Source: a virus
Strand: one strand, 5' to 3'
IMG/VR virus record: IMGVR_UViG_3300037851_001030
Span: 1-64,000 of that record
DNA: 64,000 bases
The notes beneath the pieces are model-generated. The model had not been told where the DNA came from and did not search any database. It saw nothing but the letters and a program-made list of their open reading frames with translations. Position 1 is the stretch's first letter; every line of letters starts with the position of its first letter. The position numbers were made by a program, and so were the translations under genes. Shown here piece after piece: positions 30,646 to 44,944 of the stretch.

Positions 30646-33461
30646 TAGTTGAACCCCATGTTGAACTGCCCCCGCTGTACGATCGAGTCAAGCGCATACT
30701 GAGCCTGCTGGGACGTAGAGTCCGTGACCGTTGGGACGGTGAGATACGTGATCAAGGCACCCGCTGTTGCCGTCGTGACGTAGCAGCGGATTTTCATCCG
30801 GAAACCAGTCGCGGGATTGATCGGGCTGTTCACAGTACCGGCGACGCTTAGTGTACCCGTTCCGGTACCAGAGGCGATAACAATAGCGGTGGCTGTGTTA
30901 GAGAACGTGGAAGAGTTCGTGACCCTGACCCACCATGTGCGAGTCGTATTATTGTACGCGATGAGTGTGCCTGAGTCGGAAGGCGAGCCGCCCGAGTACT
31001 GCACGGTCTTTTCGATATCACTGGAGACGCAACTCACATAGCCACTGGATACGAAGCTCAGCTCGACGACGCCGACCTTGATGGGCAGCGCGTTGAATCG
31101 GAAGGTGAGGGAGCTAGCGGTACCTGTAGCGGCCTTGGACATCGTGCAGTTCGTGCTGCTATCAATCGATATGATGATCGTATCGGCTGGGATGTTCGTG
31201 CCGTACACGTAGTCCCCAACGGCTACGCCTGTGGTGCTGGTCATGGAGATCGTGGGCGACGTATTGGTGGTCGAGCCACCCGTGCGCTTGTAGTTCAGGT
31301 TCCGCCACGATCCTAGGAACCCACTACCAGTATCGATGTCGTAGAAGAAATCGATGTTGTTGGTGCTTGTGCCTGTGAGCGTGGCCTCGGCGGTCCCGAA
31401 CTGTGTGTGTCCGAGCACCCAGTAGGGTGTGAGGTACTGGACCTCGTCGGCTGAGTTGATCATTCTCAGGCTTCCAGCACCGTCAAAGCCAGAAGAGGTT
31501 CCTAGCTGCACCACGGTGTAGGACTGTTCGGATGGATCGCGATTGTAGGACTTCTCGTCGAATACGATCCCGAGCCTGCCAGCGGTCGTGCTTGTGAACA
31601 AGTCGAACCAGTGGACTCCGCACACCTGCGTCTGACCCGTGGTTGAGTTGGTACAGCGGCAGCCCTTGATGATGAAGTTGTAGACCGTCGGGGTCAGCGT
31701 GTCTCCCGTATCGAACCAACAATTGCGGAACTCGAGCCCGTCGCAGGAATTGTCGACGTTCTGCATGATGCCCGATCGAGTGTCCGACACGTAGATGCGG
31801 GCGAACGAGAGGCGCCACAAGCTAGCACCGGCCGCAGCCACCAGGAAGTAGCCCGTTGCGTTAGCACTACCGAGACTTAGCACCGAGCTTGGGGTCCCGA
31901 TGTTTCGCACACGGATGTTGTTGGACGCCACGATAATCTGGAAACAGCCCGTATACGGGTGCACGTTCGTCAGACCAAAGTGATCGATACCGTCGATCAC
32001 GATGTCGGAACAGAACGTGGTCATCGAGAAGTAGTACTGGCCGTTCGCGGTGCCCGTGGTGCCGTTGATCACGTCGCAGTAGGAGATCGTATCGAACCAG
32101 AGCTGTGAACTCGTGGTGATGAGAGCTACCTTCGCCCCGACGGCGGTTACGCCGCTCCACGAGCAATTCATGCAGCGGGTAATCGTCATCATACCCACGC
32201 TCGCGTTTGCTTTCGCGTCCATGACACGAAGGTTCGTGTTTGTGAACACGAGATCCACGCAGTCCGTCAGGGTAAGGACATAGTTACCAGAGGCCGATAC
32301 CTGCGCGCGACTGAACCAGCAGTCAGTGAATGTACCGCCGGAGAAGCACAGACTGATCGTGCATGTCATGGAGTTGGAGTATGCCTGGCCCACACCCACG
32401 TTATTGAACACGATAGGTTGGGTCACCTCGCTGATCGTGAAGATCTCAAAGATCGATGTGTTCTGGAGATAGACCGCGTACGGTTGGGATAGGTTCAGGT
32501 ACCAGGCACACATGCACTTATCAAAGTCGATAACCCCACCCGTTGTCGTGGCGAACTCGTATCGCGACGTTGCGGTGGAAGATGGAATGACATTGACCGC
32601 ACGATTGGCCGACGTCGTGTTCTGGAGCATGACGTTTGGAATACGAATCGCGCAGCCTGATGCCGGCACGTATCCGTAGTTGGTCCCGCTATCGTTACCG
32701 ATTCTCAGAAGCCCCTGAGAGGTAATGAACACGACCTTGCCGGCTACATCTGTGCGGTTCGCTATGCCAACGGTACCCGCCGCCGGATAGAATTCATAGG
32801 TACCCGAGCTGGGGCTGGTCTCGATCCACACGCCCGCGTAGTAGGTCCCGGTGACCGGAGCCGGAAGCTGGAATTGCTGGTTGGCGCTGCCATTGGTAGA
32901 CCCTACGCTGTACCAAGCGCCCCGGATGGTCACCTTCCCGAGTCTGGGCACCGTGATCGCCTGGGACTCTTCTGCCACGACCTCGATCCAGCCTACGACA
33001 TCGGCACCGGAACAGGTCGCCGTCATACTAGCTGTGCTGGCGGTCAACGTCTCGGCGGCGGCGAAGTTGCCGCTCTTGTTCTTGATCTTTATCCAGCCTG
33101 AAGCTGGCATCGTGGAGCCCGCAGTCGACGGCGCAACGTTCAGCGCTGACCACACGCCCAGGAAGTATCCCGTGGCTCCCCCGGACGACGTGATGGTCTC
33201 CCCGATAGCCGGGACGTTGTTAGCCCCGCTGCTGAAGGGGATCAACCGAACGTTCGTGCCGTCGATATAGAGTTCTCCTCCAGTAGCAGCCGCGATCGTC
33301 AGCGGACCGAAGGGACCTGTCGTCCCGGAGTGGTTGGCACAGTACCTAACGTCGGTGTCGATCGTCAGACGCGCACCCGCTGATATGTTTATCGTGTCGC
33401 CGCCACCCGGTGACGTGAGCGCGTCGAAGTTCGTGTTGGTCGTGACGTTGAACGTGGCCAT
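30645..33461 (-). CDS. Tailspike or depolymerase-like protein, probable right-handed beta-helix, 938 aa
   Basis: Long Asn/Thr/Gly/Ser/Cys-rich sequence with repetitive short beta-strand turns (…NVRLIPF…, …CMCAWYLNLSQ…, …NTNLRVMDAKAN…). Visibly lower GC than its neighbours. Confidence 0.65.
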   Translation of the reverse strand: MATFNVTTNTNFDALTSPGGGDTINISAGARLTIDTDVRYCANHSGTTGPFGPLTIAAATGGELYIDGTNVRLIPFSSGANNVPAIGETITSSGGATGYFLGVWSALNVAPSTAGSTMPASGWIKIKNKSGNFAAAETLTASTASMTATCSGADVVGWIEVVAEESQAITVPRLGKVTIRGAWYSVGSTNGSANQQFQLPAPVTGTYYAGVWIETSPSSGTYEFYPAAGTVGIANRTDVAGKVVFITSQGLLRIGNDSGTNYGYVPASGCAIRIPNVMLQNTTSANRAVNVIPSSTATSRYEFATTTGGVIDFDKCMCAWYLNLSQPYAVYLQNTSIFEIFTISEVTQPIVFNNVGVGQAYSNSMTCTISLCFSGGTFTDCWFSRAQVSASGNYVLTLTDCVDLVFTNTNLRVMDAKANASVGMMTITRCMNCSWSGVTAVGAKVALITTSSQLWFDTISYCDVINGTTGTANGQYYFSMTTFCSDIVIDGIDHFGLTNVHPYTGCFQIIVASNNIRVRNIGTPSSVLSLGSANATGYFLVAAAGASLWRLSFARIYVSDTRSGIMQNVDNSCDGLEFRNCWFDTGDTLTPTVYNFIIKGCRCTNSTTGQTQVCGVHWFDLFTSTTAGRLGIVFDEKSYNRDPSEQSYTVVQLGTSSGFDGAGSLRMINSADEVQYLTPYWVLGHTQFGTAEATLTGTSTNNIDFFYDIDTGSGFLGSWRNLNYKRTGGSTTNTSPTISMTSTTGVAVGDYVYGTNIPADTIIISIDSSTNCTMSKAATGTASSLTFRFNALPIKVGVVELSFVSSGYVSCVSSDIEKTVQYSGGSPSDSGTLIAYNNTTRTWWVRVTNSSTFSNTATAIVIASGTGTGTLSVAGTVNSPINPATGFRMKIRCYVTTATAGALITYLTVPTVTDSTSQQAQYALDSIVQRGQFNMGFN

Positions 33462-33464
33462 CCG

Positions 33465-36400
33465 CTATGTCCATCCCGATGGGAAGTAGAAGTTGATCGT
33501 GACTCCGCTGCCCGTAGGCCCCGTCGGTCCCACCGTACCAGCCCCCGTCGGTCCCGTAGGTCCCGTAGATCCGTCCCCAGACCCACCGCCCGTCGGACCC
33601 GTGACCCCTTGTGGCCCGGTCGGCCCCGTCGTGCCATCACCACCGCCACCCGTGGGACCCGTGACACCTTGTGCCCCGGTTGGCCCCGTTACGGTCGAGG
33701 CCTCACCCTGCTGGCCGGTGGGACCAGTTGGTCCGGTAACGGTAGAAGCGGAACCCTGAGCACCCGTTGGCCCGGTGGGTCCCGTGACAGTTGACGCCGC
33801 ACCTTGGGCACCCGTTGGTCCTGTCGGGCCCGTCACCGTACTCGCCGCACCCTGGGCGCCTGTAGGACCCGTGGGTCCCGTAACTGTGCTTGGGGATCCA
33901 GTCTGACCCGTCGGTCCTGTCGGGCCCGTGACGGTAGAAGCCTCCCCTTGCTGCCCCGTGGGGCCGGTAACGGTAGAAGCGGTGCCCTGCGCACCGGTCG
34001 GTCCGGTTGGCCCTGTCACAGTGGATGCAGAACCCTGTTGCCCCGTGGGTCCGGTCGGACCCGTCACGGTTGAAGCTGATCCTTGTTGTCCCGTCGGACC
34101 TGTTGGTCCGGTAACGGTCGAGGCCTCGCCCTGCTGACCTGTAGGCCCGGTAGGACCAGTGACAGTCGAGGGGCTGCCTTGTGCTCCCGTTGGACCTGTC
34201 GGTCCAGTAACCGTGCTGGCGGCGCCCTGAGCGCCCGTAGGACCAGTGGGTCCCGTGACCGTGCTATCTGCTCCGATAGATCCGGTGGGCCCGGTAGGGC
34301 CGGTTACCGTAGAAGGTGACCCCTGTTGACCCGTGGGACCCGTAGGGCCGGTAACCGTGCTCGCAGCACCTTGTTGCCCAGTAGGCCCAGTTGGTCCCGT
34401 TACGGTCGACGCCGACCCCTGTTGCCCAGTAGGCCCAGTTGGTCCCGTTACGGTCGAGGCCTCACCCTGCGGTCCCGTTGGTCCCGTCGGACCCGTTACC
34501 GTGCTATCAGCACCGATAGACCCAGTGGGACCCGTAGGGCCGGTGACGGTACTCGCGGATCCCTGCTGCCCTGTGGGTCCAGTGGGACCGGTAACGGTCG
34601 ATGGGTTACCTTGCTGGCCGGTCGGCCCCGTGGGCCCCGTGACGGTGGACGCCGACCCCTGTTGCCCGGTCGGTCCGGTTGGGCCCGTAACAGTTGAAGG
34701 CTCCCCTTGTACCCCTGTCGGGCCCGTGGGTCCCGTAACTGTGGAGGCTGCCCCTTGCTCGCCAGTTGGCCCAGTCACCGTGCTGGCGGAACCCGGCTGC
34801 CCCGTAGGACCCGTTGGCCCGGTCACGGTCGAAGGCGTACCTTGTTGACCGGTGGGACCCGTCGGACCGGTGACCGTAGAAGGAGACCCAGTTTGTCCTG
34901 TGGGCCCGGTTGGTCCGGTCACTGTGCTAGGGTCACCCTGCTGTCCAGTCGGACCGGTTGGTCCGGTCACGGTAGAAGGCGATCCAGTCTGTCCCATCGG
35001 ACCCGTGGGTCCGGTTACTGTGCTACTCGCCCCCTGTTGACCCGTCGGTCCCGTCGGACCCGTCACCGTGGACGGGTCCCCTTGCTGTCCGGTAGGACCG
35101 GTCGGACCCGTTATCGTCGAGGCCGCGCCAGGCTGCCCGGTCGGTCCGGTTGGTCCCGTAATGGTACTCGCGGATCCTTGTTGACCCGTTGGTCCAGTCG
35201 GACCAGTGATCGTGGAAGCCGATCCCTGTTGCCCAGTCGGGCCTGTCGGCCCCGTGACAACACTGGGCGCGCCTTGAGAACCGGTAGGACCCGTTATCGT
35301 CGAGGCCGCGCCAGGCTGCCCGGTCGGGCCAGTAGGACCAGTAACCGTGCTGGGAGAGCCCGTCTGACCCGTGGGTCCGGTCACGGTGGAGGGATCGCCC
35401 TGCGGTCCGGTCGGTCCCGTCACTACGGACGCGTCCCCTTGCTGTCCCGTAGGACCCGTAGGTCCCGTAACGGTACTTGCAGCTCCAACTGATCCAGTGG
35501 GCCCCGTAGGACCAGTTACCGTAGATGCCGATCCCTGAGCACCCGTGGGCCCAGTTGGGCCCGTCACTATAGACGGTGATCCCGTCTGTCCTGTTGGGCC
35601 CGTTGGCCCGGTAACCGTAGAAGCTGACCCCTGTGAACCAGTTGGACCTGTCGGGCCCGTCACGGTCGAGGGCGCTCCCTGCTGGCCGGTCGGTCCTGTT
35701 GGGCCAGTGACGAAACTATCTGCCCCGATGGGTCCCGTCGGACCCGTCGGACCTGTGGTAGTAGAAGCCGCACCTTGCGACCCTGTCGGCCCCGTGGGTC
35801 CCGTCACCGTCGAGGCCGCGCCCGTGGGGCCGGTCACCAGACTGGCGGCACCCGTAGGACCCGTCGGCCCAGTCGGACCGACGTTGGTCTGAATAGATAC
35901 GACGGACCCGAGCGTGCTGAGCCGGAAGTCTACGTAGTCGTCACCCGTGCCAGTCGATCGAATTCGGCTCTTCACCGTGTTCGAGTACGAGTTATCCGAC
36001 TGGATAATCAGGGTAGCGATAGCCTTCCACTCAACGAACAGGGCGCTTAGTTGGCCGGTAGCCAGGCCAAAGATCTCGGTCAGAGCCCCATCACGGGCGG
36101 CGCTTACGGTTGTGTAGCGGGCTTGCCCCATCACGATCTTGATAGGGGTCGCAATATCGGTCGTGGCGATCACATGGGCCAGAACGTAATCGCCGTTCGT
36201 GATCTCCGTTAGCTGCCACGAGCCAGTCACCAGCTCGTTCCAGGCAGCCCGTCCGCTGCCCGTCGTTGTGACCGGGAAGTTGGTAGCCGCTACCCGCCGC
36301 CACTCCGTGGCCCCCGAGCGGTAGAGGATAGGGGCCTGAAGGACCGTGGACAACGTCTGGGGCGCTCCGTTGGTGATCGCGTAGGTGATGTCCTCGTCGC

Positions 36401-37490
36401 AGATCGAGCCGTCGTCCACGGAGCACTGAGCGTGAGAATCCAGCGCGCCAGAAGCGTCGGCCGTGATGTTCCCGAGTGCAAGCCCAGACCGGTACCGGGT
36501 GCCCTGAGTGATGTGCTCGTAGAGATGAGTAGCGGCATCCATGATCCTTCCATGCCGCTCATCTCCGACGACTACCGCGTACGCAGTCGCCTGGTTCCAG
36601 TAGATGGTCGCGACGAACGCGAACTTGAGGATCAGGTCGTCCGAGTACGTCATGGTCGAGGTCAGCGTTCCTGACGCATCGAAGTAGACGTAGTGGATCC
36701 CCGTGGTGTTGCTGATCACCCTGTTCTGCGCGGTCGTCTTCACGAACTTCATGCCGCCGGAATAGAACGTGAAGTCCGATCCAGTCGGGGTGATCGTCAG
36801 TGTTAGGCTGCCCTCGGTGAATGAGAGCGTGGTCTCAGATCGGTCAACGAAGCCGTTCTCCGGACTGCCACCTCGCACATCAGAGAGGAGAGCGTAGACC
36901 TTGCTGTTGGAAGAGGCCGAGTTCTCCAACAGCACGTAGTCCGTGCCTGTCGGGGAAGACAGCCCTGTTATCCCAGCGATCTCGCCCGATACGCTCTTGT
37001 GGAAAGCGTCCGTGTCCGAACCGCTCGCTGGACCAGTCGGGCCTGTGGACCCTTGGGTCCCAGTGGGCCCCGTGACGGTGGACGCTTCGCCTTGCGCTCC
37101 GGTTGGACCCGTAGCGCCCGTGGGCCCGGACGGACCGGTTACCGTGCTAGGGCTTCCCTGCTGTCCCGTCGGACCGGTAGGCCCCTGTATTCCGGTTATC
37201 TGACTCCATACAGCGGAACCGGCTGAGGCGTTGGTGCAGACGTATTCGGTCCCGGCCACCGTGTTCAGCCAGAGAGACCCTACTTCGTAACCCAGACTGG
37301 TGTCATCGTTAGACGTGGGGTCGGTAGCCGCCGCATAGTTGTTCTTGACCGAGTCGACGACCTTCACGGCCCCATTGCGATAGACCCTGAGCACCTTGTC
37401 CGTGGTGTTGAACCACACCTGACCTTCTACAGGGGTCGCCGGGTCGGAGGTGAGCAGGTCAAATTCGAGGCTGTTTATCTGAAGAGGCAT
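33465..37490 (-). CDS. Giant collagen-like fibre protein (1341 aa): N-terminal fibre-type domain, short GXY segment, globular domain, then about 50 units of a 16-residue repeat
   Basis: Full track ORF. N-terminus has fibre motifs ([34 protein letters not shown]...AVWSQI). C-terminal two thirds are [16 protein letters not shown] units. Confidence 0.9.
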   Translation of the reverse strand: MPLQINSLEFDLLTSDPATPVEGQVWFNTTDKVLRVYRNGAVKVVDSVKNNYAAATDPTSNDDTSLGYEVGSLWLNTVAGTEYVCTNASAGSAVWSQITGIQGPTGPTGQQGSPSTVTGPSGPTGATGPTGAQGEASTVTGPTGTQGSTGPTGPASGSDTDAFHKSVSGEIAGITGLSSPTGTDYVLLENSASSNSKVYALLSDVRGGSPENGFVDRSETTLSFTEGSLTLTITPTGSDFTFYSGGMKFVKTTAQNRVISNTTGIHYVYFDASGTLTSTMTYSDDLILKFAFVATIYWNQATAYAVVVGDERHGRIMDAATHLYEHITQGTRYRSGLALGNITADASGALDSHAQCSVDDGSICDEDITYAITNGAPQTLSTVLQAPILYRSGATEWRRVAATNFPVTTTGSGRAAWNELVTGSWQLTEITNGDYVLAHVIATTDIATPIKIVMGQARYTTVSAARDGALTEIFGLATGQLSALFVEWKAIATLIIQSDNSYSNTVKSRIRSTGTGDDYVDFRLSTLGSVVSIQTNVGPTGPTGPTGAASLVTGPTGAASTVTGPTGPTGSQGAASTTTGPTGPTGPIGADSFVTGPTGPTGQQGAPSTVTGPTGPTGSQGSASTVTGPTGPTGQTGSPSIVTGPTGPTGAQGSASTVTGPTGPTGSVGAASTVTGPTGPTGQQGDASVVTGPTGPQGDPSTVTGPTGQTGSPSTVTGPTGPTGQPGAASTITGPTGSQGAPSVVTGPTGPTGQQGSASTITGPTGPTGQQGSASTITGPTGPTGQPGAASTITGPTGPTGQQGDPSTVTGPTGPTGQQGASSTVTGPTGPMGQTGSPSTVTGPTGPTGQQGDPSTVTGPTGPTGQTGSPSTVTGPTGPTGQQGTPSTVTGPTGPTGQPGSASTVTGPTGEQGAASTVTGPTGPTGVQGEPSTVTGPTGPTGQQGSASTVTGPTGPTGQQGNPSTVTGPTGPTGQQGSASTVTGPTGPTGSIGADSTVTGPTGPTGPQGEASTVTGPTGPTGQQGSASTVTGPTGPTGQQGAASTVTGPTGPTGQQGSPSTVTGPTGPTGSIGADSTVTGPTGPTGAQGAASTVTGPTGPTGAQGSPSTVTGPTGPTGQQGEASTVTGPTGPTGQQGSASTVTGPTGPTGQQGSASTVTGPTGPTGAQGTASTVTGPTGQQGEASTVTGPTGPTGQTGSPSTVTGPTGPTGAQGAASTVTGPTGPTGAQGAASTVTGPTGPTGAQGSASTVTGPTGPTGQQGEASTVTGPTGAQGVTGPTGGGGDGTTGPTGPQGVTGPTGGGSGDGSTGPTGPTGAGTVGPTGPTGSGVTINFYFPSGWT
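33500..35895 (-). repeat. In-frame 48-nt coding repeat array (GPTGPTGxQGxxSTVT units)
   Basis: A 48-nt period is visible directly in the DNA. Units are near-identical at the amino-acid level but differ at many third-codon positions. Confidence 0.9.
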
Positions 37491-37491
37491 A

Positions 37492-42117
<4,626 letters not shown>

Positions 42118-42349
42118 CTGGGGTCTCCGCCATGGCCTTGGTGAGTTCGTCGAACGCCTTGAGTGCTGCGTCTCGTTGCCGGGTTACCTGCTCGTTCTCG
42201 GCCGCGGTTGCTTGCGCCCGAGCTTCGGCGTTCGTCGCCCGCTTCTCGCACTCAGCGATCCGGTCCTTGAGACGGGATATCCATACGGATAGCCACACGG
42301 ACACGCCCGTCAGCGTCAAGGCCAGAGCTGCCATCACGTAGCCCATGGG

Positions 42350-42874
42350 TCACTTGGGGTCCTCGGCGTCCACCGCCTGGGGCGCCGCCGTGTTGCCCGC
42401 GTCCGACGCGGGGGCCCCAGCGCCGGCCGGCGTGGTCGCCGCGGCCGGTGCCGGCTTGCCCTTCTCCCCCAGCTTAGCTTCGATTAGGTTCGTGAGCTTC
42501 TCGGCGGCCAGCTCCCTGAGCTTGAAGTCCTTAATCAGTCCGTTCGCGATCTCGATCGCCTTCGCGAGCTTCGCCGCGCTCGAGTCCGGGGGCTGGCCCG
42601 CTTTGAGCTTCGAGGCCGCGATCTGCTCCACGGCGTTGATGGCGGACGTCACGGCCGCCGTGTACTGCTGCGACTGCACCTGGATGTTGTATCGGCGCAG
42701 TAAAGCTCCGATGAGGACCGGCAGCACGATCGAGGCGATCACGAGCACGATCTGAAGCCCGAAGTTCAGCAACATCTGCCACCACTTCTGACCGGCGGCC
42801 GCGCTCTCGGCAGCCTGCGCGGCCGAGGAAGCGATCACCACCAACGCGGATCCCGTGAACGCTGTGTAACGCAT
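42350..42874 (-). CDS. Holin-like membrane protein (LL-H-type pattern), 174 aa
   Basis: Hydrophobic N-terminus plus TM (MLLNFGLQIVLVIASIVLPVLIGALL), then QYTAAVTSAINAVEQIAAS...AKLAKAIEIANGLI, resembling LL-H family holins. GGAGAAAACT precedes the ATG. Confidence 0.5.
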   Translation of the reverse strand: MRYTAFTGSALVVIASSAAQAAESAAAGQKWWQMLLNFGLQIVLVIASIVLPVLIGALLRRYNIQVQSQQYTAAVTSAINAVEQIAASKLKAGQPPDSSAAKLAKAIEIANGLIKDFKLRELAAEKLTNLIEAKLGEKGKPAPAAATTPAGAGAPASDAGNTAAPQAVDAEDPK

Positions 42875-42887
42875 AGTTTTCTCCGGC

Positions 42888-42946
42888 GGTTTAGGGTTGG
42901 TCAGCGCCGCAGGTGTTGTACCTATGGCGTCACGAAACCCTAAACC
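42888..42946. promoter_or_regulatory. 11-bp perfect inverted repeat (GGTTTAGGGTT ... AACCCTAAACC, 37-nt spacer) in a divergent intergenic region
   Basis: Read directly at 42888..42898 and 42936..42946, between the holin start (42874) and the plus-strand cassette start (42959). Confidence 0.6.
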
Positions 42947-42958
42947 CGGGGGCCATTC

Positions 42959-43261
42959 GTGGACCTAGACCGATTGATAACTGCGGTTCGTCGGAACTAC
43001 ATTATCCGTCACGTGTCCGGCGGCTACTGGACCGGTGCCAAGTGGCACCACGATCGAAAGCGTGCACTGCGCTACGAGTCGCTCGCCGAACTCCCGACGG
43101 AGATCCCGGGCTATGGACGCGAGGCCAAGACCCCACTCGCGCTCGTTCGTCACCGCGGCGGCTCGACGCTCGCGGGTTACCACCCGTGGAAGAACGACGT
43201 CAAGGTGGGCAAGCGCCGCAAGGCCCGGCGGCCCCTTCACGCGTTCGTGATGCCGGAGTAG
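42959..43261 (+). CDS. Hypothetical basic protein (100 aa), GTG start
   Basis: Full track ORF with plausible composition. Confidence 0.6.
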   Translation: MDLDRLITAVRRNYIIRHVSGGYWTGAKWHHDRKRALRYESLAELPTEIPGYGREAKTPLALVRHRGGSTLAGYHPWKNDVKVGKRRKARRPLHAFVMPE

Positions 43262-43263
43262 GC

Positions 43264-43704
43264 ATGCGGCTATCAGACCTCGCGTCGAAAGACCGCTGGC
43301 TCTGGCACGTGATCCGGAGCCAGGATCTACCGGTGGTGACCGCCGACGGAATCGTACCCTTGACGGGCGACACGTTTCTTGTCGAGACCCGCAAGGCCGC
43401 ATTCCCGGGCGATGGGCGCACAGTCCTTCGCATCGACAGGCGCGCGATAAACGTGAAGCGCCTGCATCGCGTGCCAGAGTGGTCGGCCTGGGTATCCGGT
43501 CGGGTCGAGGACCTGCCGCAGGCTCTGATTCGCTACTGGCAACGGGTCGCGCTCGTGGGCGAGGACACGAGCCGCCGGGCTCTGCGCACGCAGCTCGCGA
43601 GGGTCGAGACCCTCTGGCGGTACGACGGGATCATCAAGGCCGAAGCCATCGCGGCGCTCGATCGCTGCGGACTGTACCTTCGCCTGAAAGGGTATCAACT
43701 GTGA
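43264..43704 (+). CDS. Hypothetical protein (146 aa)
   Basis: ATG 43264 in the frame of track ORF 42913..43704 (MRLSDLASKDRWLWHVIRSQ...), 2 nt after the upstream stop. Confidence 0.6.
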   Translation: MRLSDLASKDRWLWHVIRSQDLPVVTADGIVPLTGDTFLVETRKAAFPGDGRTVLRIDRRAINVKRLHRVPEWSAWVSGRVEDLPQALIRYWQRVALVGEDTSRRALRTQLARVETLWRYDGIIKAEAIAALDRCGLYLRLKGYQL

Positions 43705-44054
43705 TACTTACCAAGCTCGCGGCGACCGTGAGGGGCGAGACCGCCGTCGTCGTGGCTCCTGACCTCCCGAAGTTGTTTCCCAAGCCGGCCTACATGGAGG
43801 CGACCTCCGAGCAGGGCGACCGCGTCAGCTATCGGGGCGACGGCACGTCGTGGCAGTCGGAGTACAACGGCTCCACGATCCTCATTCGGGCCTCCTGGCC
43901 CCGTGACCTCGGGCCCATGACCGACCTGCTTGGCGACAAGGCGGTCGCGACCGGGAATCAGTACGTGTACGAGTACACGTACGAGGACATGCAGGCGTTC
44001 GCCCCCGCGCGCGAGCGCCTCGTGAAGCTCTTCCACCGAATCTCTCGGAGCTAG
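43701..44054 (+). CDS. Hypothetical protein (117 aa), GTG start in a GTGA overlap
   Basis: Frame of track ORF 43479..44054 from VILTKLAATVRGETAVVVAPDL. Confidence 0.55.
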   Translation: MILTKLAATVRGETAVVVAPDLPKLFPKPAYMEATSEQGDRVSYRGDGTSWQSEYNGSTILIRASWPRDLGPMTDLLGDKAVATGNQYVYEYTYEDMQAFAPARERLVKLFHRISRS

Positions 44055-44056
44055 CT

Positions 44057-44944
44057 ATGGCCGACTACAATGTAATCCCAGTCGAAACCGCAGTCGCCGC
44101 CGATGCCATCACGCGAGCCGTGGCCTATCACCGCAGCATTGCGGAGCTGGCGACCGCCTCGGACAGTGCCGATGCTCAGAGCGACGAGTCGAACACGCCC
44201 ACGGAGCTAGCGCGAGCCAGCGACGCGGTCGTGATCGCGATGGCCTACGGCAAGACCATCACCGAGACCCCCACGGGCGTGGACGAGGTCGAGATCCGCT
44301 TCAGGTTGCGGCCTCGCTACGTGCACGTCCACCACGTGATCGGGAAGCCGGCCTACTGTCTGTCGTCGTACGAGGACTACCGTGGGCTCGTCGGTCCCAG
44401 GCATAGCGTGGTGCTGAACCGTGGTCGCGCGGAGCGCGTGTCGACCAGGTCGTTCGAGGCCTGGCCCGCCGAGCGGCAGCGGCTCGCCTACATGATGGAG
44501 AAGGGCGTGATCCTGGTGCACGAGGACTATCTCGGCACGCAGCGCGAGCTGACAGCCGAGCAGGTAGACTCGTACGTGTCCGACAACTCGCCCTACGTCA
44601 CGTGGGTCCAGCACCGAGTGATCACGGGCGCTCCGGTAGCCCCTGACGCGACGCCGCCCGACGCTTCGTCGCTGGGCACGCGCTGTTCAGGCTTCGAGCG
44701 CGTCCTGATCAAGGCCGATATCGTGGGTGGTGTGTCCCCTGACGTCGACATCGCGGTCTGGTACCGGTCGCCGACGGCAACCGACAAGGGCGCCTGGGTT
44801 CTGGCTGGTAGCGCCGTGGACCTGGCGCATGACACCGAGCTTCCGTTCCCTGCGCGTCACGGCGAGCTGTTCATCCAGCTCACGGACCAGGACGGGGACC
44901 CGACCGAGGTCACATTCTACATCTCCGGAACCACCGCGAGCTAG
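44057..44944 (+). CDS. Virion-associated-type protein with N-terminal E-x-A-x-A-x-D repeats (295 aa)
   Basis: Full track ORF. VETAVAAD, AELATASD, ELARASD and ETPTGVD are spaced about 20 residues apart, as in the minus-strand structural genes. Confidence 0.7.
   Translation: MADYNVIPVETAVAADAITRAVAYHRSIAELATASDSADAQSDESNTPTELARASDAVVIAMAYGKTITETPTGVDEVEIRFRLRPRYVHVHHVIGKPAYCLSSYEDYRGLVGPRHSVVLNRGRAERVSTRSFEAWPAERQRLAYMMEKGVILVHEDYLGTQRELTAEQVDSYVSDNSPYVTWVQHRVITGAPVAPDATPPDASSLGTRCSGFERVLIKADIVGGVSPDVDIAVWYRSPTATDKGAWVLAGSAVDLAHDTELPFPARHGELFIQLTDQDGDPTEVTFYISGTTAS

Noticed and set aside
42888-42946. TTTAGGG/CCCTAAA resembles a plant-type telomere repeat.
   Set aside because: Each orientation occurs as a single copy forming an inverted repeat. 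There is no tandem array, so this is coincidental.
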